The notes below the pieces were generated by a model. The model made no database searches. It was not told where the DNA came from and saw only the letters and a program-made list of their open reading frames with translations. This document shows positions 26,430 through 39,387 of a DNA stretch of 64,000 nt, piece after piece. A program made the translations under genes and the position numbers. This DNA is from Amphiscolops sp. MND2022. Its lineage: Eukaryota. The stretch covers positions 37,324,001-37,388,000 of the forward strand of contig OZ076412.1 in assembly GCA_964187785.1 (NCBI GenBank), in the 5' to 3' direction. How positions within the stretch are numbered: position 1 is the stretch's first letter; each line of letters begins with the position of its first letter.

Positions 26430-26938
26430 GATAGAAATGTGCAACCGATTCTTGAAGTGTCTCGAGAATTTGTACTGACTGAAGTGGTCATGATAGCTCA
26501 ATGATGGTCGGTTATTTGACGAGTAAACAGTAAAATGTTGCGTTGAATCTCGAATACCACGAGTAAGCCCTGCTCTAAATAACACCTTCATCTAAACACG
26601 GTATAAGTGATCTTTATCCGGGCATTGTAATCTTTATCCTTATGGAATGATTCTAGTAGAGAAATGGGCAATATTTTGTTTGATTTTGAGCGGAAATTTG
26701 AACGTTTAGAGCAATAAATTTGATTCTTTGACGTAATCTTTGAAATGATGTGAAGAAGTCAAAAGCAAATCTCATTCAGAATATTTCCCAAGTAGAATCG
26801 AAGTTATCACAACTAAACTATGAGAACAATGGAAGAAATGATCCATTGATGCTCCCAAGTTCCTACATTAAACTCAAAGAACTCACCCCCTTCATGGTTT
26901 AGAGTTTTCTAAGAAATTCATGAAGAGTATTTTAAGTA

Positions 26939-27101
26939 CAGTAAACCCTCGATTATCCGCCACCATCGGTCCAGCGTGAATTATGGCGGATAAGTGAGAG
27001 TGGCGATTAATCAAGGGAGCTTAGAAACGGGTGTTATAGCAAAATGTCCCGGTAGATTTGTGGCGGATGACCAAAGTTGGCGGATAATCGAGGGTTTACT
27101 G
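26939..27101. mobile_element. pogo/Tigger-type (Tc1-mariner superfamily) MITE, 163 bp
   Basis: Perfect 24-bp TIR CAGTAAACCCTCGATTATCCGCCA; TA on both sides (26937-26938, 27102-27103). Confidence 0.9.
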
Positions 27102-27578
27102 TATAATTCATTAGGTAAATATGTAGTTTTTAAAACGTGGTGGTTAAGAAAAAGGCCAATTTTATATTTATTTTGAAAGTCTTTGTGAGATGCAGTGGTA
27201 ATCAATTGGTCAGGAATTCTAAATGTGGCTGTCTTAGTCAGCGCTCATCGAAAAAAGTACATAGCATCATCAAGTCGCCTCACAAAAACCATGGTCCGTT
27301 AATGTCGACCTTCATAGTCATGCATTCAAAATAACCATTGTCAACTTTAGACGTTTCAGAGAGTTTCTCAATTATTGGTTTCCATCGATGGTCATCAGAG
27401 GTCCAAGCCTAGCCAGTTCTAAAAGCGTTGTGGACCGGCCCGAGATGGAAGTAGCATGGAGTTTGGGAACGGACCCCTCCACCTTAGAAATCTTGCAAAA
27501 ATCATACATGAAATGGAACTTTAGCAAGACAAATTAGCATAAATTAGTAGCTTTATGCTACTAAGATATACTTAGATT

Positions 27579-27853
27579 GGTGGCAGGACAAAATAACCAA
27601 AGTCAAAATAACCAAGGTCAAAATAACCAATGCCAAAATATCCAATATGCCAAAATAGCCAATGCCAAAATAGCCAAGACCAAAATAGCCAATGCCATAT
27701 AGACCAATACCAAAACAGTCAAAGTGACACTATAACATTGGCTATTATGTCACGTTGGCTATTTTGGCATTGGCTATTTTGTCACGTTGGATATTTTGGC
27801 ATTGGCTATTATGGCATTGGTTATTATGACTTAGGATATTCTGACATGTAACC
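27579..27853. mobile_element. Foldback-like non-autonomous DNA element made of inverted ~15-bp subrepeats
   Basis: 8-bp TSD CTTAGATT (27571-27578, 27854-27861); ends GGT..ACC; left arm (GCCAAAATAGCCAAT)n, right arm its inverse. Confidence 0.8.
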
Positions 27854-27960
27854 CTTAGATTATATGCATTTATGTGCAGTCAATAAAATAAAGTAAAATA
27901 GTAAGTTTTAGGAAATATTGAAAAGTAACATTTGTAGAATTCATTAGGTAATAATTTAGT

Positions 27961-28690
27961 TTTTAGTCGGCGCTTTTCGAAGAAGTCGTTTCCTTCCAAA
28001 GTCGTTTCCTTCCAAAGTCGTTTCCTTCCAAAGTCGTTTCCTTCCAAAGTCGTTTCCTTCCAAAGTCGAAGAAGCACGCTATATCCCCCCTCATTTTTAC
28101 TAGAAACGAAACGATTTGCGAGCATCGAGGACTCCTTGGGGTTTTTTGGCACTATGCGAGTTACCGAAGACATTTAAAATTTTCCGAAAATTACAGGAAA
28201 CATTTTCCTCAGTTTTTGTTTAAAGGTTTTCGGTTGAGCAAAATCATTTTGCCACTTTTATGGGTAACCTCTGACTATATTTTATTCCTATGGGTTGATT
28301 AGAGTTTTCTCAACAATTGTGCAAAAGACCTACGGATTTTTTGGCACTGTGCGTCTTCTTTTCACAACATTTCTTTCGTTAATATGGTACCCCTCCTTTT
28401 TTCAAACGTTTTTGGCTCGCAAAAAGCGCTTTGCGAAGTTAATGGTTCTCTCTTTGAGTTTTTCACCACTATGAGACTTTTTCAAGAAAAAGAATTCTGA
28501 TTTTTTTTTCAAAATTTGGGTCCAATGATATTTCCGGTTAGGGAAAAGTTGTTTTCGAGTCTTATGGATCTCTGTCGGGTATTTTTGTCACTGTAATCTT
28601 GAAACAGTAGTGTCCTTCAGCATAGTTATAACACTTTACTCGGTTTGAACCTTAAGAGAGGCACCGACATAGAGCCGTTCCGGGCTTGTT
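27961..28690 (-). mobile_element. HINE-like non-autonomous element
   Basis: TTTTAGTCGGCGC at the left end and GCCGTTCCGGGCTTGTT at the right end, as in the other copies. Confidence 0.55.
27983..28068. repeat. Perfect 16-bp minisatellite, 5 copies plus a partial
   Basis: AAGTCGTTTCCTTCCA starting at 27983, 27999, 28015, 28031 and 28047. Confidence 0.95.
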
Positions 28691-30418
28691 CAATGTGTGA
28701 AGAAAAAACCCACCAAAATTCAACGTCAAATCCTTTTCGAGCATAATCAGTTTTATTCAATATTTAGTTCAAAAAGAGTTTTGAGTGAAGCGAAACTATG
28801 TGTAACTTTATTCGTAATTTGGTGGGTAATTTGCTTTTTTTTCTAAACATGAAAACATACAGTAGTTTGATTGAGAAATCGTCTCCCTATGAGCTGAGCG
28901 TGATTAAACTAACTTAAAATGCTTACAAGCTCTCACTTTCAATTTTGATTGGCGCATTCAAGCGGAGAAAAACCACTTTAGGTATTTCCCCAGTTTTGAT
29001 GTTTTTGAATTTTTGCTGAAAATTTCAAATTCATTCGATTCTTTAGATTGTCCAGCATTCACTGAGGTATTTTTGTAAAAGAAACAGTTGTAAAGGAAAT
29101 AATAATCGCAGTGTTCACCGTGAAAACCTATTTACTTATCTTAATACCTGTTAATATGGGAAATTTCACCATTCGAGCCTGATATTTCGGAAACAGTTGA
29201 TCATATTTGAAATCAAAATATATCCATGGTTCCGGTAGATTTTGATATAAAATTTGTCAAAAAAGCAGTATGTAAAAGGGACGAAAATTGGAGAAACGCC
29301 AAAAAGTTCCAATTTTGCTCAAAATTAGCTATCTTTAACTTTCCACAATTTTTGTCTCAGAATTCCATCTAGTTTGCATTAGTATTTTCAACAGATGAAA
29401 AGATTTTGCAGTAACTTTTATCTGATGTTATTTAGAATTTTGAAACGATTTCGCAAAAATCGAGCCGAAAATCATCCCTCAATCACAGTGCTGTATTGTT
29501 TTGGCAGAGTAGAGCTTTAATTGTCCAGTTTTGATTTATTGTTTGTTCTTTGAAAATGCTAAACGTCGTAAATCATTTCTGGCACGTGCAGTTCAGTTTC
29601 GTTGTATTTCGATAAAAATCGCCATCTCTAAAAATGGGGCATTTTCAATTTGAGCATTTCGCTCTTTTTAGCAGGAATTCTTCGGTCTTTTGAAATCACA
29701 GTTTTCTCACAAATTTTCAGTTCAATTTTCTGTTTTGACCACTCTATATATATTGTTCAAGGTTGTTTCAGTGCATAACAAACGCCAAGAATAAGCAATT
29801 GAGCCATTTTCTAACACTACTAATGAACATTGTTGCGAAAAGAGTTGAAAAGAAGGCACACCTATCAAAAACAAGACGGAACGTCTAAAGTCGGAGCTAT
29901 ATTTAAGGCTCAAAAAGCGCAAGGTTTTTAAAATATGCCCAGGGCGTATTTATGAAAAGCTCAGAAAACAGTTTCGAGACACCCAAGGGTGCCTTTCATG
30001 CTCGATAGGACTCGGAAACCACTTTTTCCCCAACTGGGAACGAAAAAAACTTTTTTTTGAAAAAATTCGGATTTTTCTCGGAAAATGTCCTATAGTGCCA
30101 AAAAATAAAAAAGGGGAGTTTTTCTAAAACTTAGGATTTATTAACATGACTTATGTTGCAAAATGTCAAAAAAAATTGAAGGGATGCAATCAAAAAATTG
30201 TCGAAAAAAGTCTCATTGTGCCAAAAAAATCCAAGATAAAAACATCAAGATAGCTAAAGGGAGATCCTTAGCACGTTTTCGAGGTTCTGGGCGTTGGTTT
30301 TGTTTTGGACGAGGTACTGACGTATCCAGTATGGTTTGGATATGCATCGTTCAAGTTGAACAAATGAACAAAAAAGTGGACCTTCCAGTGTGAGGTATGT
30401 GGTCTGGAGAAACAAGAA

Positions 30419-31302
30419 AACAAGACGAGAACGTCTAAAGTCGGGGCCACATCTAAGGCTCAAAAAGCGCAAAACATTTTTTTGGAAACTTGAAATTTTT
30501 GCGAAAATTTTTTTCTCTCCAAAAAAAGTCGCATAGTGCCGAAAAATGTAAAAGGGGACCCTTCTGGATTTATTAACATACATTCCGTTGCAAAATATCA
30601 AAAAACTCGAAGGGGGACCCTTTGGGGACATTAAAAAATTTTCGAAAAAAAGTCGCACAGTGCCGGAAAAAATCCAAAGGGGAGACCCTTTAGGCACGTC
30701 CGATTTTGTAGGTTTGTAACGCCAACTAGCGCGAGCCCCTGGCGAGCTAAAAGGGGGACACTTCCGAAATTGTCAACATTTTTGTGGCAGTTGAAGGGGG
30801 ACCCTTTGGAGAAAAAACAAATTTTCGAAAAAAAGTCCCACAATGCCGAAAAACTGAAAGGGGGACACTTCGGAATTGTTAAACACCCAATCCGTTGTAA
30901 AATATCAAAGAAACTGAAGGGGGACCCTTTGGAGAGAAAACAAAATTAGAAAAAAAGTCTCACAATGCCGAAAAACTGAAAGAGGGTCCCTTTGGGATTT
31001 TCCAACATCCATTCTGACGCAAAACAGCAAAAAATTGAAGGGGTACCATTTGGGGAAATTTTTTCGAAAAAAAGTCTCGCAGTGCCGAAAAAAATTAAAG
31101 GGGGGACCCTTTGGTCTCGCCCGGTATGGTATGTTACGCGGAAAAACAGGAAAAACTTTTTTGGTTCAGTTCGCTAGGCCAAATGGTGCAATTTGCTGCG
31201 ATAATATTTTGCAGAACTTTTAAGAACAATTTTGGTCAGTTCGTGTGGATGGAAAAAAGTCACTATAATAGTCGCGTTTCACTCTATGAAGCGCCGACTA
31301 AA
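30419..31302 (+). mobile_element. HINE-like element with internal ~120-bp tandem subrepeats
   Basis: Starts AACAAGACGAGAACGTCTAAAGTCGG and ends AAGCGCCGACTAAA; repeated AAAAAGTC(G/T/C)CACA(G/A)TGCCG...GGGGACCCTTTGG; a truncated copy starts near 29869. Confidence 0.6.
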
Positions 31303-31359
31303 GAATGGTCACTGTAAAAGTCGGCCTTTTTTATTTGCTTCACAAAAAAAATTGCTCGA

Positions 31360-31550
31360 CTAAAAAAGAACAATTTGGCTTCATGCCAGACAGAGGAACT
31401 CATGACACCGTTCTCTGTCTACCAGTCATCGCAGAGCGATTTCTAAGCCATCAAGATCCGCAGATGACAACACTCTTATCTCATATTCAGGAGAGAAACT
31501 TTATCTGCTAATGGCAACTCTCAAAGAGGCTCTGATAACCATGGAATAGG
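31360..31550 (+). pseudogene. Short non-LTR retrotransposon (LINE) RT fragment
   Basis: KEQFGFMPDRGTHDTV matches the QxGFxxGRxT motif of non-LTR RTs. Confidence 0.6.
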
Positions 31551-33693
31551 GATCAACACCAAGCAAAATAAAACGGACGTTCTGGTGGTGGCAAAAAATC
31601 CAGTAAAAGTTTCCATTTAACTGAATGCTTCGAGATGACTTTATCTTGTAAGCCTGCCATAAGTTTGTCTTCAATTGGAAAACGGAAACAGACAGCGAGG
31701 AGGTCTTTTGAACGTGATAAAACTTGATATTGAATACATTTGGACATTTGAATAATATTCAGCAATTTGGTTTGATTAGGAAACGAATTGAGCAACCACA
31801 ACGGAAAGGTCAGGTGGACATGAGTAAAGTGTATCAAACGACTGGACGATAAATGGAGTTTTACAAGTAGAACCAGTGTAAAAGGTTGAAGTTCTCTAGA
31901 GACGGATCGGAGCTGTAAGACTGTAAACGTGCCGATGCAAAGAGCTATTGATAGTTCGAATATTAGGAGTGGGACGTCACAAAATAGCCAATAAAATGAC
32001 CACAAAAACAACAAATAAGAAAACAGCGGATTTAAAAAACGTAATTAAACAGCCGGTTTAGGGTGAAACGAAGCGGCCGAGTATTAAAGCGTAACAAAAA
32101 GACTTGATCAGCTGCGGAAACACACCTATAGTGCCCTACGTGCAGAAGCGAAGCGACGGTCATCACTTGGCTAACGGCTTGTTTGACGAATGGCTTTTTC
32201 TAATTCTTTCATCAGTTCATAAAGATGTGTTGTTTAAAAACATTGTCTGCGCTGATGTGTTTCTTGGGTTTTTAATGTTCTCAGTGTTATGTTAATTGTT
32301 CCCGTAAACTAAAATAACCGATTGACTTAAATGAGATGACCAGAAGGACGCAAAGCGCGCACCAGGAAGTAGGGAGGCCGATCATACAGCCAATCGTTTT
32401 CGCCGTTTCAGGACGCCAAATTCAATGAAAATTAACTGGCCATTTTGTTACATGCAAAAGTCGGTCATTTTATTGTTTTCACAATTGTCCATTTTGTCAC
32501 ACTTTTGAAAATTTTTATGTTGAAAGTTGCCAATTAGTGGTGCATCAACTGAGAGAGTAATCAAATACGAATTATTGCGATTGCCGTTAAACTGATTGTG
32601 CGTTGGGTACGTCAAATGGACCCTGAATGACCTTGGAGGATGGAAATAGCCCTAGAAACGCGAATTTAAGTTTCAATTCAATAAAGGATTTTCATCTCAG
32701 CCGTGACATGAGATCTTACATCAGTAAATGCTCAAGTTCGCCCAGAAGCAGACACAAAAAAGTATATACTATTGAATTTAGGATACGGGAACAAAATTTG
32801 CCAACTAACGCAAAATCACTCGCGAGAATAAGATTTCCGAAAAAGGAAAGATTTTTCGTTCAGACAAGTTTTTCAATTTGGTCAACAATTTTTGATCCAA
32901 TCTTAGTTTAAATCATGTTAAATTTTCATTAACCACGAGGTTGAATCAGAAAAGTGAGTCAGTCTGTATTCATCTTACCTGTGTTGGGCGTTATCGTAAC
33001 TGCTGGAGATGGCCATTATAAATTGAACGGAAGCTTTCAAAGCACGAAATACTGTAAATTCACATTTTCACATTTTGTTCATAGCTTGGAAGTAAGACAT
33101 CAGAAAGCGGGAAAAGATGTTACGTAACATCGGAGTTGAGCGTGCACTTGCACAAAAATAGAATGTTCCATTATTCGATTTTTCAATGTAACAATTCTTC
33201 AACGGTCAGAGCTTGTTGTCATGCATGTTGCGATTAGTCCTTCTATAAGCCGAGTCTCCATTTGCTTCTCGGTCATTTTTTTGCATTCAAATCCGAACAC
33301 AAGTCAAATCAGAACAAACGAAACGAACGCTTCATATTTTTGGAGAATAAACAAATTCAAAAGATAGAGACTTAAGTCTCTCGAATTTGCTATTCTTACG
33401 AATACATTCAGAATTTTCAGTTCACAATTCACGTTCATTTTTCTCTGCCTTTAGATTTTGTTCTGAATGCAAGACGATGCGTGAAATTGTACAAGTGACT
33501 TGAGTTCAATTATTGGAACAAAGATGACAGAATAGTGTATTGAACTAATGTAGTTTAGCCATGTGCTGAAACAATATATGAGCCTATAAATTTTAACTGG
33601 CTTACAATGGAACACAAAACAAGAAGAAAGAACCACTGGGAGCTATATTCCCATATGGGAAGTTTGGTTGAATATTGATTTGACTTTTGGTCC

Positions 33694-33883
33694 TGAAGTA
33701 ATTCTAAGGTAGGCTTGAGAAAAGAAGTTAAGATCAACGTTTACTCTAGCCGAAAGTTTACTGTAATGATATCAGCTTTAGATTAAGGGTTAAATAGTTG
33801 TTGGTAAACAATAATGATAATAAGTTCAAACTAAAAATAGCAACGGTAATTGATATAAAGTTGTTTGTCAACAGTCTACTACA
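33694..33883 (-). repeat. Mag-like element 3' LTR
   Basis: Differs from 39388-39577 at two adjacent bases in my comparison. Confidence 0.95.
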
Positions 33884-34314
33884 TTCCCCCTTCTGTAATT
33901 GGAGGAGAATCATCCAATGGGTTAGTGTATCCGTTGCTGTCCATTATGTGGTTATGTTCGGTGTTCCGTCCATGGTCTGGTGAAGTTTTCTCCGGTGTTC
34001 CGTGAGAGGCATGTTGTTTTTCCAGTTGTGGGCTGGTAATGTTTTTCGGGTGTTTTAATGGTCGACCTCTTTGTTTTGTTCCGGCATTTCTTCTGGTCGT
34101 TCTGGGAGTCGTGGCAGTTGATGAGTCGTTTCACTGTGTTTCCTGTAATCAGATTGGTTAACTGGATTATTTAATCTGACAATTGGATTTGTTTTCGTTA
34201 ACCTTTTGGACCGGCGTGAGTTATCATTTTCTAGTTGTTCTGTGTCTTTCTCTAATTGGGTGCTAGAGCTTAGGTTGCTTGCTAAGTCTAGTTCTGATAA
34301 ATCTAGTTCGTTTT

Positions 34315-37300
34315 CTATTTTTTGTAATTATCAAATGGTACCTTACCGGAGTTGTCTTTGATATGGATTTCTTGTCCTGACTGCGTGGAATCTTTTATTG
34401 TTTGGTCTATGTCGGACTCCGACATTTGGTCCGTATTTATTGTGAGTGTTCCCGTTCCTGTGTTGTTTCTGTCCGGTGTGTTATTTGATGCTGGCGTTGG
34501 ATTGTCTCTCGTCAGCCGTGGCCATCCCCTGCCGATGGTGCCTTGACGTTTAGTGGTGAGTGGTTCTGGGCTGGTGTCCGTATCTTCTGCTGATTGGGAT
34601 TTTCTGGGGGTGTTGTTTGTTTTGGTTTGCTTCTTGGCAAATTTTCCGTCCGGTCCTTTTGGGCCAGTCCCCCTGTTTGTTGGTTCCTGTTCAAATGTAT
34701 TATAAGGTTTACTAATAAGTTTACGGTGAATTATTTTATTATCTAGAGTGGTCACTGTATGTTTTGTTCCAGTACCTGTTATTTACTTACCGTTTTTGTT
34801 CCTTTTCTCTTTTGTTTCATTGGTAGATGGTCGGAGCTACCGCCGTCTCCACTGAAAGTGTATACCTGTAGGGTATCTGGTCTCGCTGAAATAAACTCAT
34901 TGGTTATTTATTTGGTTTTATCTAGTTTCAACATGTTACTCCATTCCGTGTTTGGTTCTCTGCCGAAGTGTAATTCGAATGCGGATTTTCTTATCCTGGT
35001 GTGTGGTGTATTCCGCATTACATTTAGAGCTAAGTCCAATGCTTTTCCAAATGGTTTTCCGGCTTTAATATTAGTTAAGAGGTTTTCTTTTAAGGTACGT
35101 ACGCCCCGTTCTACTAGGCCGGTAGGAGTGTGAATATACGGTGTTCCGTATATTAATTTGATGAGTTTGTTTTTGCAAAAGTTTCTAAACTGGCGTCCGG
35201 CAAAGGCTGTTGCCTTGTCCGTTCGTATGGTTTTCGGTATACCGTTCAGGTTGCAGTATTGTTCTAGAAATTTTATTGCCGTTTCTCCGTCTGTGGTTTT
35301 GCACAGACTGGCGGCTGGCCATTTGCTGTACCTGTCAATGTACAGCGAAATGTAAAATCTACGATTCTGGTCCGTGTCCAATGAAATCCAATTGGATTTC
35401 TTCGTTCGGTGCGCTTAATGGGGGTAGGCTATTTTGTTCCGTTTTAGGTATGTTAGGTTTAATACTCTTACCGGAAAGTTTGCATGGTATGCAGTTGTCG
35501 CATTTCCGTTGTATTGCTTCCGTCAGTTTGGGCCACCAGAAATGTTTTGCGGATAAGGTCATCTTATTGATGACTGGGTGTCCTTTGTGCAATAGGCTTA
35601 TGACGGTTGTTCGTAGGTTGAGTGGCACAATTATTTTGTCTTCGAAGAACACTAATCCGTAACGTGTTGATAGTTTCTTTTTGTATAGGCAGTATTTGTC
35701 CGGAATGTTGTCGTATTGCTGGCGTTCCAAGCAAACAAGTGATTTTACCAGTTTGAGGTCGTTGGTTGTTTCCGTCATCAGCAGTTGCAAGTCTGTGGCG
35801 AATTCTTTTTCCGTTTCTCGGACGGTGTTTTCTAAATCCCTGTTGTTTTGTTCGAGGGCTTGTACTTTTGGAGCGTGTCCCATCTTTATGTACTGTACGC
35901 TCTTTACCCCGAGGTAATTCGCCCAGTTAATGGTTGGTACCTCCAGCACCGACGGTGCCAGTTCGGAGTCGCTAGAGATTTCTCCTTCTTCCATGGGGAT
36001 ATCTTCTTGTGTGGCCGGTTTGGAATGTGATGTGCCCGGTTGATTATTTTGTGTTCGTTGTACGAACCCTCCTCGGAAATTCTGCGGTGCGGACGAGGTG
36101 AATTGCCAGTCTGCGGTGTATTCATCTGATTGTAATTGTTGTTGGTATGGCCGGTTTCGTAATTCCCTGGCCGGGCTTTCTATTTTCCGGATTATTTCGG
36201 AAAGTCTTTCTTCGATTTCCCTTCTTTCTCCACGAAGGAATTTTGGTTCGTGGTATTTTTTCCACTCGCCATTTGAGAGTCGGTATATTCCCGGCTTTAC
36301 CAAGTTTCTCCACCGCTCTATCAAGTCGATTGTCTCTTGCGAATTATCTATTTTCTCTAGATTATCGATAGTTTTGGCAACCATTGTTTTGATGTCTGTT
36401 TGATTTCGGCGGTTAGTGCTACTTGCTGTGATGCGGTCAATGCTATTAATGGCGTTTTGTTCACGTGTGCTTTCCGTTGACAGCTGTTTGTTTGGTTTTG
36501 GCAACCAACTTTTGAAACAAATTCGTAGAGCGGTACTATGCTGTTAATTACATACTCTTCTTCGTATGCTTCGTCACGTTGCGGCGGTGCGTTCGGATTT
36601 CTACTGAAGTAATCCGTCAGAGCTAGATGTTTTCCCGCGATATGGTTTACGTTGATTGTCAAATGCGCTAAGCGGTCCAACCACTGAGTTAAACGGGCGC
36701 TATATGTTTTATTTGAACGGTTGCGTTTATTTAATGGCTCTAAAGCTTGATGGACGGTCAGTAATTTTATTGGTTTACCGTATATGTATAAACGGAAAGG
36801 TTCTAGACCCCATACTACTGCCAATAATTCCAATTTAATAATTGCGTATTTTTTTTCAGTATCCGATAGAAAACTGCTTGCAAATGCTATCGGTTTTAGT
36901 TCGCCGCTATGTTGTTCTTGCCAGAGAGTTACGCCTAGGTCATTTTTACTGGCGTCTGTAGTTATTGTGTTCGGTGGATTGGAGCTGTAGTGTGCTAAAC
37001 ACGGTATCTCCGTGATTTTGTTTTTCAATTGCGTAAATGCCGCGGAGTGTTCTGGTGTCCAGATCCATTCGTTATTTTTTTCAATAGTTGTCTCAGTAAA
37101 TCCGTTTGAGCTGACAAATTTTCAATGTATTTTGACAAATATTGAATTGCCCCCCAAACGGATTTTAGTTCTTTTTCGTTCTTTGGTTCTTTTAGTTCTT
37201 GTATGGCTTTGATTTGTCTTGCAACGGTCTAATTCCGTCTTGGTCGATTTTGTGTCCCACCCATTCTATTTCGGATTTGAAAAATTCGGTTTTGTTTTCA

Positions 37301-38148
37301 CTCAGTCTATATCCTGCGTTTTCTAATTTTGTTAATGCGTCTATTAACTCACGTTTATGTTGTTCTTTTTTCCCTTTGGTGACCACCAAAATGTCGTCTA
37401 ACCATGCCGGATGTTTGTTTTCCAATGTTTTGTCTGTTTTTTCTTGAAATATGGTTGGAATGTCTGCTAAACCGTAGAAGCCTTTTAGGAATCTATAGTA
37501 GCCGGTAAAATTTCCACCGGTTATTGCAAATATGCATAGGTCCATTGCGTTCTTTGATAACGGTAGTTGACCGTATGCATAGTCCAAATCAAATTTTGAT
37601 ATCCATATCTCGTCTGCTTCTCCATCGGCGATTTTTCTTGATATTCTGGATATTAACTCCTCCATGTTGGGCATTTGAGTTTTCCTTTTCACGGTGATTT
37701 CATTGAGTTTCCGTGAATCTAAAACTATTTTTACCGTTTTGTCTTTTTTGACTGTAATAACGGCTGGGCTGACAAAGCAATTTTCGTCAATATTTGTAGC
37801 TTTTTCGATATGGCCGTGCTTCGTTAATTTCTCAATTTCCTTACCGACTGCCGGTTGTAAGTGGATCGGTATCGGTCGGCCTTTTTGCTGTATCAGCTTT
37901 GCATCTGGTTTTAAATGGATGTCTACTTCTATTCCTTTTACTGTTTTGTTTTCGTGGATTAGTTTTTTGAATTTTTTCTTCAGATCAGCGATGTCCGGAT
38001 CTTCTTGAATATTTTGAATTTTTGCATCTGGTTTTTCAATATTTAGATTGATTCCCAGGTGTTTCATCCAATCTAATCCAAGTAATAGGTTTGTTCTTTT
38101 TGTGGTGATCAATAGCCCTAGTTTTTTTCTTTTCCCCGTCCATTTCAA
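34315..38148 (-). pseudogene. pol: Mag-like pol (end of protease, RT, RNase H, integrase) split over several frames
   Basis: LLGLDW; WLDDILV RT; TDAS...ELLAVVWG RNase H; HKGHP..CDNCIPC zinc finger; IRTDKATAF and GLVERGVRTLK integrase core. Confidence 0.9.
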
Positions 38149-39358
38149 TGGTTGCCATTGTTTTTCCTTCGAATTTGATTTTGTTGTTGTTTACGTCTCT
38201 GTATTCCTCATGGAGCGGGTATATTGTTGTAATACCATTGAATTTTTGTTTTGGTATTAAGGTGACCGGTGATCCGCTGTCTATTATGAATTTGATTGGA
38301 CGGTTGTTAACCAATACCGTCACAGTAAAGAATGGTTGTCCGTCTTTGGATATTTGTTTTGTTGAGTGGACCGTCTTGTTTATTGAGTGTATCTTGTTTG
38401 GTGTCCAATTGTCTTCTTCTGCGCTGGTAGCTTCGGAGTCCTGTTGAATATGTTTTATTCTTCGGTCCGAATATTGTTTCGATCGGCATGGCCTTGCGTA
38501 ATGGCCGATTTTCCCGCAACTTAGACACTTCTTTGTCTTTGCTGGGCAGTCATGTGATTTGTTCCAGTTCGGTGCCCCGCATCTGATACAGTCTACTTTT
38601 CTGAATTTGTTTTGTCTCTCTTTTTCTGGTTTTTGGTAGGTTCTTTTTCTATCCACGTGCTTGATTTTTGTTTCTTTTTCGGAATCTTTCGATTCATTCA
38701 TTTTTTCGTACATGTATTCGTGGATTCTGTCGGTAATTGCTTCCACCGACATGTCCCCTTTCTTTATTTTCTTTTTCAGGTCGTTATCGCCTGTCGTTTT
38801 TCCAATAACGGATAGAAATTTTGATGCGAGCAATTCAGCTGCCGTTATTTCTTCGAATTCGCAATTCTTCTCTATTTCTAGAATGCGTTTCCACGTTTCC
38901 GCCGCTGATTCTCCTAGTTCTCGTTTTAGATTGAAAAAATCTGCTCTGTTGTGGTGTTTGTTCCTCTCGGGAATGAAATGGAGTCTGAAGAGTGTGTAAA
39001 GTCGGTATAATGGTAGGGAATTTGGTTCCCTTTCTCTTACCGTCTTTGTCATTTCCGTGATCGCTGATTGGCCAATCGCCCATATGAATACATCTTTGAT
39101 TTCTTCCTCCAACTGCACTCTGAATTGTGGCAGTATCTCTTTGGAGTTGGTCATTTTCGATAAGTCGATTTCACGGGTCATCTTGATGTATTGGACGAAC
39201 TTTCTCCACCATAGTTTTGCACTGGTGTGGTCATTCTTATCGAGGATCGGAATGGGTAGCTTTTGTGTAGCTGTCCGTTTTACCGATCTCGTCGTTGTAT
39301 TATTTGGAAGGGATTGGCTGTTACTCTGTCCCGTTATGTTGCCTTCTTTGTCTTCCAT
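38036..39358 (-). CDS. gag: Mag-like gag plus protease N-terminus (440 aa, ends after a frameshift)
   Basis: Double knuckle CIRCGAPNWNKSHDC / CLSCGKIGHYARPC; FIIDSGS aspartic protease motif. Confidence 0.85.
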   Translation of the reverse strand: MEDKEGNITGQSNSQSLPNNTTTRSVKRTATQKLPIPILDKNDHTSAKLWWRKFVQYIKMTREIDLSKMTNSKEILPQFRVQLEEEIKDVFIWAIGQSAITEMTKTVREREPNSLPLYRLYTLFRLHFIPERNKHHNRADFFNLKRELGESAAETWKRILEIEKNCEFEEITAAELLASKFLSVIGKTTGDNDLKKKIKKGDMSVEAITDRIHEYMYEKMNESKDSEKETKIKHVDRKRTYQKPEKERQNKFRKVDCIRCGAPNWNKSHDCPAKTKKCLSCGKIGHYARPCRSKQYSDRRIKHIQQDSEATSAEEDNWTPNKIHSINKTVHSTKQISKDGQPFFTVTVLVNNRPIKFIIDSGSPVTLIPKQKFNGITTIYPLHEEYRDVNNNKIKFEGKTMATIEMDGEKKKTRAIDHHKKNKPITWIRLDETPGNQSKY

Positions 39359-39387
39359 TGCAATTCTTTAAATTGTTGACTGCGCCA

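Noticed and set aside
26337-26591. 84-aa ORF as a stand-alone gene
   Set aside because: Better explained as GILT exon 1 plus read-through into UTR and intron
27983-28068. 16-bp repeats as a CRISPR array
   Set aside because: Head-to-tail copies with no spacers, inside a eukaryotic repeat
30163-31317. Cluster of short ORFs (PKGSP/KGGPFG-type peptides)
   Set aside because: Translations of tandem subrepeats in non-autonomous elements; likewise 9532-9774, 23162-23719 and 50652-50921
31553-32014. 153-aa minus-strand ORF as a gene
   Set aside because: No recognisable motif, start context or splice partners; cannot be supported
38110-38135. Programmed frameshift in the A-run between gag-pro and pol of the Mag-like element
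   Set aside because: It needs a +1 shift in the middle of the protease domain; a 1-nt homopolymer insertion predating the duplication explains it better
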